Shown: positions 1 to 12,465, counted from the first letter of the stretch. The stretch is DNA of 64,000 bases from Bigelowiella natans CCMP2755 (GCA_000320545.1 ADNK01003198.1:23856-87855), one strand, 5' to 3'. Numbers and translations: made by a program. Notes: generated by a model from the letters alone, not told the origin.

Positions 1-431
1 TTGGTTGTTACTTTGTTGTCGTAGCCTCGCAATGCAGCCAGAATGTACGAAGTAGTACGTAACAAAGTAACAATGTAACAATGCGTGTGTGTGCCTCAAA
101 ACCCTTCCTTTCTTCGGGTCTGTCGGTTCCGGTCGGGAGTACACTACCTTCTCATAAGGGAAAAGAGCATTCGGTATGTTGAGCAACGAACTTGAAACGA
201 AGGGAGGAAGTACAGGTGAGCAATATGCGAGAGCAATAAGAGCACAAAAGGACCGATTAAGTTCCACTGAGAGAACTAAATGTTTAAATGTGCAACACAA
301 CGATGATGTCTTGTATTGCACAAACGTACAGGGCAAAACGGTTCATTTTGTTTGGCCATTGTGTGCTGCCATTGGTACTATGGGTTATTTATGTACATAT
401 CTATCCGCTGCTTTGGACCAACACCGAGACG

Positions 432-1563
432 ATGATAAAACGTACCAAAAGCCATATCTTTGTACCTCAATCCGTATACGACCAAAGACGACTACCCCTC
501 GAATTATTCTCTCTCCTTCCTCTTAAAATGAATACAACTAAAAGTGGTAGCACTTACCGTAGAATGAAAAGGTCCCTAGATGCTCCTTCCTTTACAGTTC
601 AAGAAAGTACGCCGAAGAAGCATCGAAGGTGTACAAGCGACCAGTTCTATTTAAGGAATTCACAAAAACGGCATGGTGGAAGTTATTTAAATAGCGGTAG
701 TAGTAATTTTGATGGCCATGCATTTGCAAATGGACTCGCAACTCCAAGGAGCCCGCTCAAAGGGTGTATGAGTACAGAACATAGCGAACAGAAAGGAAGA
801 AGACTCACACAATCTTCCAATCCGTTTACGATCTCTAGAAAGAGTGGACGAAATATTAGAAATCACCGTGCGAGAAGACGCATCGATATCTCATCGCACT
901 CTCGATCTGCTCAAAATTTAAGCAAATTTAGCAGACCTCCACGTTCAAAATCATCATCCAGCTCTTTTTCACAGAGGGGGCACAGCATGGATCTTGACCA
1001 ACCGGGAGATAGAACACAAACAGCGTTGTCCTACTCGCCTTCTGCGTCATATTTTGCAGCTGATTTCAATGGAACTGATACGAGTCGTTCACCACCGCCT
1101 TCTTCGTTTGGTCGTTATCCACCATGGACACCAGCATCACCTACTGCTTTGCCAATGTAACTCTAATACTGTTTCCCTTCCATATTTTTCTGTCTTTTGA
1201 GAGTATCTACCAAATAAACCTGAAAGGTTCACCAATCAAAGAGCTCGAAGTCGCAGTTATCAAAATTGTCCTCTGCTCTCCGTTCAGAGTCGTAACGATA
1301 TGGAAGAAAAGGTGTCAAAGAAGGAGCTGTACCTTTTATCTATAATCTGTTTCATGTTAATGAAACCTTATAATACGAGTGCACATGTATAGTATGCACG
1401 TGTACTTTATAAAATTGTATATTTAAATATGGAATCTTTTTCTACAAATATGCAGAGTGCCCCGTCAACCCCAACGGTTACTCGCCGCTCATACAAAAAA
1501 GATTTTCCATGGAAGTTTACAAGCCCTAAAGCAAAAGGGTTTTCGAGGATGGCGTTTGACTAG
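432..1563 (+). CDS. Hypothetical Ser/Arg-rich, probably disordered protein (about 3 exons)
   Basis: Long non-repetitive open frame 288-1160 with first ATG at 432. A plausible middle exon (YLPNKPERF...MEEK, donor at 1312) splices in phase to a terminal exon after tatgcag (SAPSTPTVTRRSYKKDFPWKFTSPKAKGFSRMAFD, TAG 1561-1563). The first intron is unresolved and no family is recognised. Confidence 0.45.
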
Positions 1564-1789
1564 TTCCTGTTATAGCTATTCACGCGTCATACTAGTATCT
1601 TAGCACAATATACGTTAATATACCTGGAAAGTAAGTTTAAAAGTGGAATGATTTTTATCTCCACACATATGCAGGTTACATTTTTTCCTTTCAGTGCTAA
1701 ATGATAATGATGCGATTATTGATATCAAGATTTATAAACATACAAAGCATAAATGACAAAACCGTATATGTGGTTTGGTATCGAGAGCG

Positions 1790-2560
1790 CCGGGCCCCGG
1801 CCTAGCCATGCTAGCATGCGCAAAAGGCTATGCATGTGACGAGTAAACAGCACAAATATATGCATTGCATTGTGGACAATTTGTGCGTACGTGATCTAGT
1901 GATGGCGTATCGTATGTGCTTAATACACCTGAATACATCTTGATGGCTTCATGGGTGGCTAGGTGGCTATCTAGCTTCGCTTGCTGGCTAGAGCTACTCT
2001 AGCTCTCTACTAGCTAGGTAGGTACGTGTTCGTTATAGTTAGTACTTAGTACGCACAGTTCTAGCGTTGTCTAAACAAGCCATATAGCGACTAAATAGCT
2101 CTAGAGTTGCATGCCAGCATGCTAGCATGTGCAATTGACACAGCTAGACAGATCTAGAGATGTACTCTATAGAGCTAGCTGCTAGCTAGCTAGCTAGCTT
2201 GCTTGCTAGCTTGTACTAGTTCAGTCTTCAGACGACACAAAACCTAGACACAACCTGACAGCAACCTCTAGATCTAGCTAGCTAGACTAGCTAAACATCA
2301 TGAGCTTCCAGATCACCTATCTAGCTATACTGCTAGCTCTAGAGCTAGCTAGCCTGCTCTAGTGCTAGCCTGACTGCATCATGTCGTACCGTAGAATCAA
2401 ATCATCAAACGAATGTAATGAATGTACTAATTTTTTTTAAATTTTCATCAAAATGAAGCTATGATAAGCTAGAAAGCTGCGGCTAGAGCGCCCAAAGTAT
2501 GCTAGCTATCTAGCTATGTATTCTAGTATTAGATAGATGACTACATCTAGACATAGACCA
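1790..2560. other. CTAG/AGCT/GCATGC palindrome-rich convergent intergenic spacer
   Basis: Dense tctaga, gctagc and gcatgc words, with a (CTAG)n run near 2181-2199, between the 3' ends of a + gene and a - gene. Confidence 0.8.
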
Positions 2561-2676
2561 TCTTGTCAGTATTTTTAACGTCTTTTGATAACACAAGAGT
2601 ACGGTAATGCAGAATGAAGAAAGGTAACATGCATTACATGATGTGGCCATTTATCGGCGATCTTTCAGATATACTT

Positions 2677-3849
2677 TTAATTTTCCTTTGATTCATCATT
2701 ACAATTCTTTTGAGATGATGATGATGATGATGGTGGTGGTGACTTCTTCTTTGCCGAAGACGAAGATTTCTTCACTCCTCGTGATTTCTTTATCATCTGA
2801 CTTATATCTTTCTCATCCTGATGTTCAAAAAGGGACTACATTACTGCTTTATGCTACAATTTTTATGATACCTATATCGTGTTGTCATGTTGTGTTCTAT
2901 GAAAACAATACTGATGACATGGAAAAATTATGTTACTACTTGCATGTGGTACAAGTAAAATTGGAATTTGAAGGCGCTAGCATCAACCATCTTCCTACAG
3001 ATACTACCGTAGAGTTTTTCCCAAGCAGCTTGAGCTCATATTTCAAGAGCTCTTCTACAAGGTTGTGTTTTAATTTAATATCAAATAGTAGAAGGACGAC
3101 AAGAGGGGGTGGTATGAATGGGGAAATGGATAGATGGCACGATGACGAATAAGTTGTTTATAAGTGAGTAGTCGATGATATCAGAAACGCATAATACGAT
3201 TACTTCTATTGTCTGTCATAGGGCAAATTCTCCTCCTTGATGATACGTGTTCAAAGGCTTCCTTGAGTGTCATTCCTTAGAACAGGAAGATGAAGGAGAA
3301 GAAGAAGAAGAAGGTGATGATGATGATTAACTAGAACGTCGTGCAAGGTGTATTCAGAAAGAGCAAACGAAGTTGATCACAGAAGAAGAAGAAGAAGAAG
3401 AAGAAGAAGAAGAAGAAGGAGAGGGAAAGCAGGAGGCAAAAGACGAAGAATCTAATTTGGTGTAAGTCGGTATCTAATGACAACTAATAAACAAGACGCC
3501 TCGTGTACATAGTAGATATCATAAAAAACATTGACAATAATAGATTACTATTCCAACATTTTAAATTTCATGACTTTGTGGCCATGGAGATACTTGTTAT
3601 AGTAGCGCCTATGCTCTCTCATACACCATTATCTGTGCAAACGCTATTACTACCTACCTTTAATCGTCATGACAATTGCTATTACGAGCTGAGATAGAGA
3701 TAGGGGTAGGGATGGATAAAGTGCCATGCATCATCATCATCATCATCATCATCATCATTCATCATTCATCGTTAATTGTTGTTTTTGCTGCTGCTGCTGC
3801 TGCCGTGTATACGCAAATACACACTACTAATTCCTATCTCTCCTGATTC

Positions 3850-3885
<36 letters not shown>

Positions 3886-4896
3886 CTCTTAGTTAGTACC
3901 GTAGCGGATCGATTAGCCCCAGCAGCGCAGTGAACGTACACCCTGCCTTGGTAGTAGTAGCAGCAGTAGTAGTAGTAGTAGTAGTAGTAGTAGTCAGTAG
4001 TAGTACTTGTTGTTGTAGTTGTACTAGCAACGAAGGAGGAGTGATCGTGATTGTGAAGGAGCATCAGTGTATGTTTTATTATTGCTTCGAATAATTAGAA
4101 ATATGCATTATTTGCATGCGACTAAACTCATAGAGGGGGGTGATGGGAAGAAGAGAAGAAAGAAGAAGACGAAGAAGAGGAAGAAGGAAAGGTGGGGGGA
4201 AAGTTGAGAAGAAGCGGCAATAGTGCCACTTTTGCTGGTGGTAATGCTAGTATCCTAGCTCTTAGCATTACTTCCCAGTTTTCCCTTCATCCAGAGATTT
4301 TATGACTTTGAAGGCCTCTTCGAACACTCTCGATATTCCTGACCATGCACAAACACCCACACATAGATGTATTCCATTACTTAGATTTAGGCATCGACAG
4401 GAGCCTTCTATTAGTATTCTATCTATCAACACACGATCGTAGCATATCACTATCACTAAACAGGGCAGACCCTTATATATACAGCAATCATACTACGGAT
4501 ATATTAAAACATATACATGTATTTCAGTGCATAAGGCTTTGCGTGTGTTTGTGTGTGTGTGTCCATTTGTCTGCCTTAAACTGTAAATGTATATTTACCT
4601 TCATCCTGACCAAAATCCGCAACGTGTAGATTCGTATATTTGAAGTCACTGAGAACGTAAAAGTGGTAGTAGTAGTAGTAGTAGTAGTAGTAGTACATAT
4701 GGGGGTTGACACATCGCTTATTAGCTGCATTATCATAAATCAAAAAGGGGTTGACGCATCATTTATTAGCTGCATTATCATGAATCAACAAACTTAGCAA
4801 ATACGAAACGTGGGCATATCCCTATACGTAAATAATGTCTGTCTTCTTGATGGGATAGAATTTAGATGATTTTATGTAAAATGTGTGTATGTTTGT

Positions 4897-4937
<41 letters not shown>

Positions 4938-5473
4938 TGTAATGTTGGTATTTTATCTATCTGCGGATAGAATTTTGATGATGATGATAATGATGATGAT
5001 GATGATGATGATGATGTTCGAAGTATGTATGAGTGCAATATTTTAAAGCAAAGAGTGAGAGTTTTATATATGTTATAAATGACTTTGGATGGAAATTCGG
5101 CACGTCGTCAGCAACGTTCATTATATCTGTTATGCCAAGGTTCTACACAGAAATATCATCATCATCATTATCATCACCATTACTATCACAACGTTTGTGA
5201 AACAAAGTAGCCATCAATATGAGGTATACATTCATGAAGGATTTGAAGATACATGAGACTCTTCTACTCATCTTCTCACTTTGAGATCATCCTTCTTTTT
5301 TGCGCTTTCTCCACTACCGAGATACCTAAAGTAATATTGAATTCAATCATCATCCATGCTGCTAACACTAATGTTATAGCAGAAGCGCTTTACTATTACA
5401 AAAATGGGAGAATTTCGTCGATCTGGTGCCGCCTGCCTTTATGCCTTTGCAGAATTTCCTGTAAGGTCGCCAT
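2677..5473 (-). CDS. Atypical dual-specificity protein phosphatase (multi-exon)
   Basis: Spliced exons give MATLQEILQRHKGRRHQIDEILPFL|YLGSGESAKKKDDLK|NLGITDIMNVADDVPNFH...VADFGQD...GRVYVHCAAGANRSATVL (HCxxGxxRS motif)...LKEAFEHVSSRRRICP...ELLKYELKL. Stop TAA at 2679-2677. Confidence 0.82.
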
Positions 5474-6014
5474 TGTTGTTGTTGAGGATGATAGGAGGAG
5501 GAGGAGGAGGAGGAGGAGGAGGAGGAGGCAGGTCGGTTGGAGTGTTACCGATATGTTTCAGTGATGCTATGTCTTAATTTCCACTCAATCATGATCAAAA
5601 GCCAGTCCTTATTTTGGTTGTCGCAGGGTTAAAATCGGTTCCTTTCACAGAAGCATAATAATTCATAATTGAGGTACTAGTAGCAACAGATACCCAACAT
5701 CATCATCATCATCATCATCATCGTAAATCTATCTCCCCCCACCAACTGCTATCACACCAACCTAACCTTATACACACTTAAACATCGATTAGTCCCCTTG
5801 TGGAAGCTCGACTTCTCAATCATATACTGGTAAGCAAAGAAGCAATCAAACATATTGCGTCCATGCTCATGCGATGACGATGAGAACTACACTCACCAAT
5901 GATCTCCTGCCTACTACCGCAACAATATTTTTGTAAGTAATTTTGGTATTGCCAAGGCCGCTCATTTACTTCCATGCAATCAGTAGGTGATATAAAGAAA
6001 CAACTATCAGCATT

Positions 6015-6515
6015 ATGCCAGCAAAAGATTTCTCACTTACACACGTGGTCTACGATGATGAGCTCCTATCCCAGAAGGTATAACAACAACGACGACGACG
6101 CAGTGTGAATTGACAGGGTTTCAGCTTGCTTTTGGAATCGAATCTGATAGAATAATATGCTCAATAATCAGATTTTAGCATTGGTGACTCTAACACCGAT
6201 ATTCATCATCGTGGCTTACGTTGCACTGCTTTACTCGCGGCGACAAATCCACACTCTTTTCATGCTCATAGGACAGCTCGGTATGTAATTGTTATTTGCC
6301 AGATATTGCATACTCCTATTTATCTTCCGTTGTCCCTTTTGTTACTTTTCACAATATAATACACTTAGTGAACGAAGGGCTAAACAACATTTTAAAGCAG
6401 TACATCAAGGAGCCTAGGCCACATGGTTGTAAGCATTCCGGGTCATCATCATTAATTAAATCACAGCAACACATATGAGAGATTTATCAGTTTGTCGATA
6501 AAAGTCCACACATAT

Positions 6516-6547
<32 letters not shown>

Positions 6548-6984
6548 CTCTACTACGTAGCGATGTAAGTTGTAATGTGTGAGTGTGTATCCACTGAGCC
6601 AAGATTGCTATTTCGTCTGTCGCATATCAGGTATGGAATGCCGTCATCACATGCACAGGTATTGTTATTGATTATTATCATTATTATTATTATCATTATT
6701 ATTATTATTATTATTCGTGCATTCTAATCTTAGTAAGGCTATGAACCCAATCATCTTAAAGTAGTCATATGAATAATGTTTCTACAAGCAAAATGCAGGG
6801 GAAGAATAGATCCATATTATTGCTAATGTTTAACGCTAAATTGATAAATCGTGTTGATAACAAGCTTGGTGCTATCCAAACATAAACTTTAATTAGTTTA
6901 TGGGATATTTTGGTGGCTTTTGCATTCTCTGGTCTTTGGTTTTGGGGTCCAATGTCGATTTCATCTCCGACAAGGTATACAACA

Positions 6985-7016
<32 letters not shown>

Positions 7017-7410
7017 CACTACCACCACCGCTCTGTGAGAGAATGGACTTTGTGTTGTGTGCTACTGGTTTTGCTGCAACTCTGAGTGTGGAAGGAAATT
7101 TGAGAAGTCGTTCAGCCTGTATAATAATAGCATTCTTTCCTTATTCTTCTTCACAGAAAACCGGAAATGCTTTCATCATACTGCTTTCTCTTTTGGTAAT
7201 GTGTCGTTCTTGCTATGATCTCTTTACTTATACTAAACATTCGCTGCTAGTTGTCTGGTTTCTCTCCATTTTTTTTATGATGATATTGATCTAGGTGACT
7301 TACTCAAGAGTCGAGCTGGGATATCACACGGAGACGCAAGTACTAGTAGTTTGTAGTTGTAATAGAGTTGTGGCAGTGGTAGAGGAGTAGTAGTCAAGAC
7401 GGAGGCGGAC

Positions 7411-7457
<47 letters not shown>

Positions 7458-8254
7458 TCTTCCCATCAAATACTGATTATTTTCTGTTACTACTGAACAC
7501 TTTGTGGTAATGGAACAAATGAAGATAAGAAGGGTAAAGAAGAAGGGCCTTCGTTTTGGTGTTGCCTTTGCTATTTTTCCACAGGATAACAAAATCACAT
7601 TATTATGTGGGTATCTGATGATGATGATGATAACGATGAATGACGATAATTCCTGATCCTCTGTGGGTGCTGCTTTAATAAGGTCATCGTAGGTGGGATC
7701 TTAGGGGTATGCTTCGCTGCAATATGGTCGCTATTTATCTCAACGATAGTCGACCCTCATATACGCAATATCGAGGAACTATGGATTGCAAAATTCTTCT
7801 ATTTTAGAGGTATTGCAGAGTTGCTCAAATAGAAGCCAATGTATCATTTGAAGACTAAGCTTGAGAGTGCATCAAATATATGACACGCAAATGACGACGA
7901 AATTTGTGTTGATTCCTATCTCATACTTAACAGATTCAAAGTGGATGCAGCATAATCTTTTTCTCTTCGAGTAGGATTCGATTTATAGGCTTAACATATT
8001 TATCCCATTACATAAGGAAGAAACTTCTTTAAGCTACTGCTACTCCTTTATTCCCTGTATATTCTCAGTCGTGCATGTAAATTCGTATTTGCTTGCGAAA
8101 TGAATCTGCTGTGACAAAGGGCTAACACGCAACAATGATTGTGATAATCAAAGATGATAGTGATGATAATAATGATGATAATTCTGATTGATGATCGGAT
8201 TACAGGTATGAATCAGCGATTCAGGATAAGACTGGTCGGAAAAAGAAAAGTTGA
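6015..8254 (+). CDS. DOLPP1: Dolichyldiphosphatase (PAP2 family)
   Basis: Exons give MPAKDFSLTHVVYDD, LNNILKQYIKEPRP (KxxxxxxRP), GYGMPSSHAQFMGYF (PSxH), YSRVELGYHTETQV (SRxxxxxH) and FFYFRDS...NLFLFEYESA. Stop TGA at 8252-8254. All joins are GT-AG and in phase. Confidence 0.87.
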
Positions 8255-8489
8255 ATTGCAACGGTCTACTAAATGATATTTAAACAAATTTGTACGTGAA
8301 AAATAGATTGGTGTGTCTTTCCCATTAAGAAACTGCGAATGAAGAGCAAACCATGAGTCATGTATATAATTACCTGTATCATTGCGCAGGTGTAGCATTC
8401 ATATGACAAAAAGTCTCGCTTTGTATGAATGGGCGTCGTACGTAGGTATCGTAACAATCAATACATAATAACATCGATCAATTAAATAA

Positions 8490-9210
8490 TAATGTAGCGT
8501 TTCGCGTATGCATCGCACTACTCGACGTTCACATGACTCTAGCAGTCTAGGACTAGCTGCTGCACGCGCGGGCATCATAATGTGACAATAAATAATCAAT
8601 AAGAAATTTACATGCTCACTCTAGAGTTATTGGGTTCGCCTAGTCGCCAATAAGCCGGTAGCACTTCAACTTGCAGCATCATCAGCATGCGCTAAATAGC
8701 TAGCTGATAGCATTAGAGCATGTCTTGCTAAGACTTGCTAGCTTCTAGAGCTTGGCACCACAGAGAGATGGCGCATGCAATAAACGATCGATTGCACACA
8801 TCTAGCTAGCTAGATCTAGAATGCAAGAATAGTGTCTAGACACATATGTCTGGATGAGCTTACCGTAGATGCGTGTGATGCATGCTGTATGGCTAGCAAG
8901 ATGACTACCCAACATGCACAATGGCCGCGGCAATCAGTTATAGTTGTGCAATATCACATCGAGCACGTACGTCTAGACATGTACGTAATTCGATCTAGAA
9001 TTATAATGAGTGGACGCGAGGATTGTAGGGCATTCATTAGTAGTAAGGCGTAGATATTGTCGCCGATCCTTAAAATGTGTGCAGCGCGCGTGCGAGCACG
9101 AGCATCAGTATGTAGCAATCGATCAAGTGAAAAATACGTCAAAAAATATAGCGCTCACATTGACTGCATGCTATTGTGTTGCAGCCTACAGTCAGTCAAC
9201 ATGTGTCCAA
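8490..9210. other. Palindrome-rich convergent intergenic spacer
   Basis: Many ctag, gcatgc, acgt, gatc and tcga words between the DOLPP1 and ORC1 3' ends. Confidence 0.75.
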
Positions 9211-9288
9211 CGCATTTTAAGTTAGAAATGTTCTTTGTTGTTGAACAAACTTAATTTTAGAAGCTTGCACCGAATAGTGACTCCTTTG

Positions 9289-11868
9289 CTAATGCTGGAG
9301 CTTTCCCCACATTTCATCTTCTCTCAGAGCAAAGTGGACGTCATCTTGGTGCACAAGCAACTGAACCATCGGATTCCGAGATTTCTTCGAGTTCTCAAAG
9401 CTTATGATATGTACATTGGCAAGGGAGTGAGTGAGTTGAGCGAAATAAGCTGGGGCATCTGGAACAATGTGCTGGTACCCACTTGTCGTAGCAATTCGAA
9501 TGCATCTGTCTACAACATTTTGGTATTCAACTTGAGGAGATTGCCTCTTCTTGGTTTCAAGCATCAATGAATTTAGGAAAAACTTCTGGGAGGCAGGAAG
9601 ATGTAGAATATACTGGATATATGGAGAATGGAAAAGCTCTTCCGTGGCTTGAATAACATTTCGAATTGACACTGAGGGACGGCGAGTCATATCTTCTACT
9701 TCCTCTTTTGGCCTATCGTCATTTTCCCCCCCAACATCTTGTTTCCTTTTTGTCTCCTCCTCTTGCTCTCGACATATTTCTGCTGCTCGACGGGCAATAT
9801 GCAATGCTTTTCTCACATCACCTGTTGTACTTGCTACCTTTCTAGAGCACAATTCAATAGCGTCACTGTCGAAGTTGCTAAGGCCCGTGAGCCTTGCATG
9901 GATAATCTTCTCTATCTGCTTCCTTGTGTACGCCTTGAATGTCAATCGAAGCAATCCCATACGACTATTCACCCTAGGCATCAGCCGCTCTGGTAGATCC
10001 ATTGTATTAGCAATACCGACAACAACTAACCTCGCATGTCGTTGACTCGGCCAATTGAATAAGTTATAAATGACATCTTGCTTTCGATTCATGATGTAAT
10101 CTATCTCATCAACAAGCAGCACACATACTGCTCGATTGGAACACGGTGTTGAAAAGTACTTTTGAAGTAGCAATGTTGCTCGCTTTGTTGTAGTTGTAGT
10201 TCCCGTTAGTCGAGCCAACAACTCTCGATATAGGAACGAGGGATCTGGTAACTTCATCGCATTTAACATCACAAATTTAAATGGGGGTAGTAGTCCTGCT
10301 TGTTGTTTTTTCGTTGCTGATCTGACAACTTGGAGAACCGTAGCTGTTTTACCTGTTCCTGGCATACCAGATATGTATAGTCCTTTATCAGACCTCCCAT
10401 TCCTTATGCCATCCTCTATGAATTGTGTTATTGTTCTTCGCTCTGGGCCACGACAAGGAAGCTCTTCTGGTACTGCAGAGAGTTGGAGAGCCATGGTTGC
10501 CTTCGTCAAATCGTCGGTAAATACTTCTTTACCCTCTGAGGTGGTGGAAGAAGAAGAAGTAGACGAAGAAGAAGAGGAGGAGGAGGAGGAAACATCTACT
10601 TCAAAAGTAGCGACAGCCTCCACGTCCTTCTTATCATCAGCATCTACAGTCGCCGCAGTAGAAGTAATATTCGTCGTCAGGATAATTGGGCGATACTCAC
10701 CGGTCTCCATATTGTACCTTTGCCGGCAGACAAATACCCTAAAATCCTCTCCCTCCTTTTGGTCCTTCGAACACATATTATTATGATCTGCTTTTGCGCC
10801 CTCATTGTCTTCCTCCTCATCCTCCATCCCGATGACATGGCATTTGGATCTCACAGTGCAAAGTTCATTTTCATTAACCAAAGAAGAGATAAATATTTCA
10901 TTCTCAAGATGATGCTTCAGCCTTCCGTATATCGTTTCTTCTGGAGTGTAATACCATCTAAATCTACCCCATTTCTTGCCATATGGGTCTTCATAAAGAT
11001 CGTCAATCTTCCCAATTAAGAATGACCCATCCGGTTTATTTAACGTCACATTATCACCAAGCTTAAAGGTTTGCCCGTCGTATTCGTAAGAGAGATAGTG
11101 ATTCTTCCTTTTGGTCTTCAATCGTGTCTTCCAGAAGAATTTTGATTCCCATTCCTTGTCGTTTGACGTGATTGGATGATCTCGGTTGCAGCACGCTTCT
11201 CCTATCATGGAGCAAAAGAACTCATCACTCCCATTCAGGATATCTTCCACCACTGCAGCATCAGCAGTTATACAAGATTGGTGATATGCCTTTGGACACC
11301 CATCACAGCAAATGAGATTTCCGTATTCTCCACAAATAGCACAAATTTCGTCGTTTGGGTCTCCTTCGTCACTGTTGCCAGCTTCTTCTTCGTGGGATTC
11401 TTGAGTCTTTCTAGTCTTCGAAGGTATATCTAATGTGGAACTCCCATCACCATCTTCATTCTCTTGCTTCTCTTCTCGTGCTGTTCCACACATAGCACAT
11501 AAAGATAACTTTCCAGCAGTATTCCGACGTTTATTGATGAACGTACATGCAGAACAAGACCACCACCATCCGGGATTATGTTCGCTTTTTCTCTCATCAG
11601 TTCTATGTTTGACCAGCACCTTCGTCTTCTTCTTTTTGGTTGCACAGATATTATCAATGCTTTGTGCTTTCACCTTTGAATCACCCCTCTTGCGCTTTTT
11701 ATTTCTCTTCAATAAAGATTCTGGTTCTAACAACATTTTCCCTCTTTTCGATTGCCGGAAACCCAGGCAAACCTTCTTTACTCCTTTCCGCAATAGACAT
11801 TTTTCTATTGCACGGTTGGTACCACAGCCACCCTTCTTTTGCTTTTTGCAAACATTGCAACGCACCAT
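9289..11868 (-). CDS. ORC1: Origin recognition complex subunit 1, intronless; RanBP2-type Zn finger, PHD, BAH, AAA+ and winged helix
   Basis: Single ORF, first ATG at 11868. BAH region (FKLGDNV...IGKIDDLYED...RWYYTPEET...ENEIF), LQLSAVPEELPCR, Walker A GMPGTGKT, Walker B LLVDEID, VGIANTMDLPE and GDVRKAL are typical of ORC1. Confidence 0.95.
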   Translation of the reverse strand: MVRCNVCKKQKKGGCGTNRAIEKCLLRKGVKKVCLGFRQSKRGKMLLEPESLLKRNKKRKRGDSKVKAQSIDNICATKKKKTKVLVKHRTDERKSEHNPGWWWSCSACTFINKRRNTAGKLSLCAMCGTAREEKQENEDGDGSSTLDIPSKTRKTQESHEEEAGNSDEGDPNDEICAICGEYGNLICCDGCPKAYHQSCITADAAVVEDILNGSDEFFCSMIGEACCNRDHPITSNDKEWESKFFWKTRLKTKRKNHYLSYEYDGQTFKLGDNVTLNKPDGSFLIGKIDDLYEDPYGKKWGRFRWYYTPEETIYGRLKHHLENEIFISSLVNENELCTVRSKCHVIGMEDEEEDNEGAKADHNNMCSKDQKEGEDFRVFVCRQRYNMETGEYRPIILTTNITSTAATVDADDKKDVEAVATFEVDVSSSSSSSSSSTSSSSTTSEGKEVFTDDLTKATMALQLSAVPEELPCRGPERRTITQFIEDGIRNGRSDKGLYISGMPGTGKTATVLQVVRSATKKQQAGLLPPFKFVMLNAMKLPDPSFLYRELLARLTGTTTTTKRATLLLQKYFSTPCSNRAVCVLLVDEIDYIMNRKQDVIYNLFNWPSQRHARLVVVGIANTMDLPERLMPRVNSRMGLLRLTFKAYTRKQIEKIIHARLTGLSNFDSDAIELCSRKVASTTGDVRKALHIARRAAEICREQEEETKRKQDVGGENDDRPKEEVEDMTRRPSVSIRNVIQATEELFHSPYIQYILHLPASQKFFLNSLMLETKKRQSPQVEYQNVVDRCIRIATTSGYQHIVPDAPAYFAQLTHSLANVHIISFENSKKSRNPMVQLLVHQDDVHFALREDEMWGKLQH

Positions 11869-11906
11869 CGAAGAGATTCGGAACTGGTTGTGGGTATTGA
11901 GCTGTG

Positions 11907-12050
11907 TGGCGGGAAGGTTGTTGGACCAGTTGACGTTTGATATGACGTGTGGAAACGACAATGTTTTATCCTCACTAATACGCTAAAACCTCCTCTATTT
12001 CCTTCAGGATTCTATAAGAGGTTCGCGCCAAACTTCCTCTTTTCCCGCCA
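11907..12050. promoter_or_regulatory. Cluster of E2F-like sites upstream of ORC1
   Basis: TGGCGGGAA at 11907-11915, TTCGCGCCAAA at 12022-12032 and TTTCCCGCCA at 12041-12050 match or closely resemble TTTSSCGC on either strand. ORC1 is a known E2F target in plants and animals. Confidence 0.6.
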
Positions 12051-12465
12051 ATTCTCTATCCAACATCTCATTCATTTTTGGTTGACGACAAAGTAAGTAG
12101 ACAACATCACCTGATAAATGATGCGAACGGCATGTTTTTCACGCATTCCGCGCTCTAAAAAATGAAGTGACAGGAAAATTCTAGGTCTTTTTTTTTCCCT
12201 GAATTTGTTGTGATGCCAACAACTACGCTATGAAGAACTAGAGTGATGCGCACTATAGAAATATCTTATAATTCTTGCCAACCGAAAGATAAACATGGAT
12301 AACCACCCATGTTGCATGCTACTAAGATGTAAGTATGAAAGGATGTTAGGTCAGAATATATCTGTAAAACTACTACATAAAAACTAAACCTATGAATATA
12401 CTGAAACAACAGCCGACAACAACCCATACCCCCCTCCTTCTGCCAACTCGCACAAAAATAGAGCC

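Noticed and set aside
6561-6564. 4-nt micro-exon (tag|CGAT|gtaagt) in DOLPP1
   Set aside because: A simpler donor after CATTCCGG gives RPHGCKHSG|YGMPSSH in phase and fits the family better.
11869-11961. TTG-initiated N-terminal extension of ORC1 in the ORF track
   Set aside because: This is a eukaryotic gene. The first ATG is at 11868 and the extension overlaps a promoter-type E2F-like site.
10373-11986. Plus-strand ORFs of 85-183 aa over ORC1
   Set aside because: Antisense shadows of the ORC1 coding sequence.
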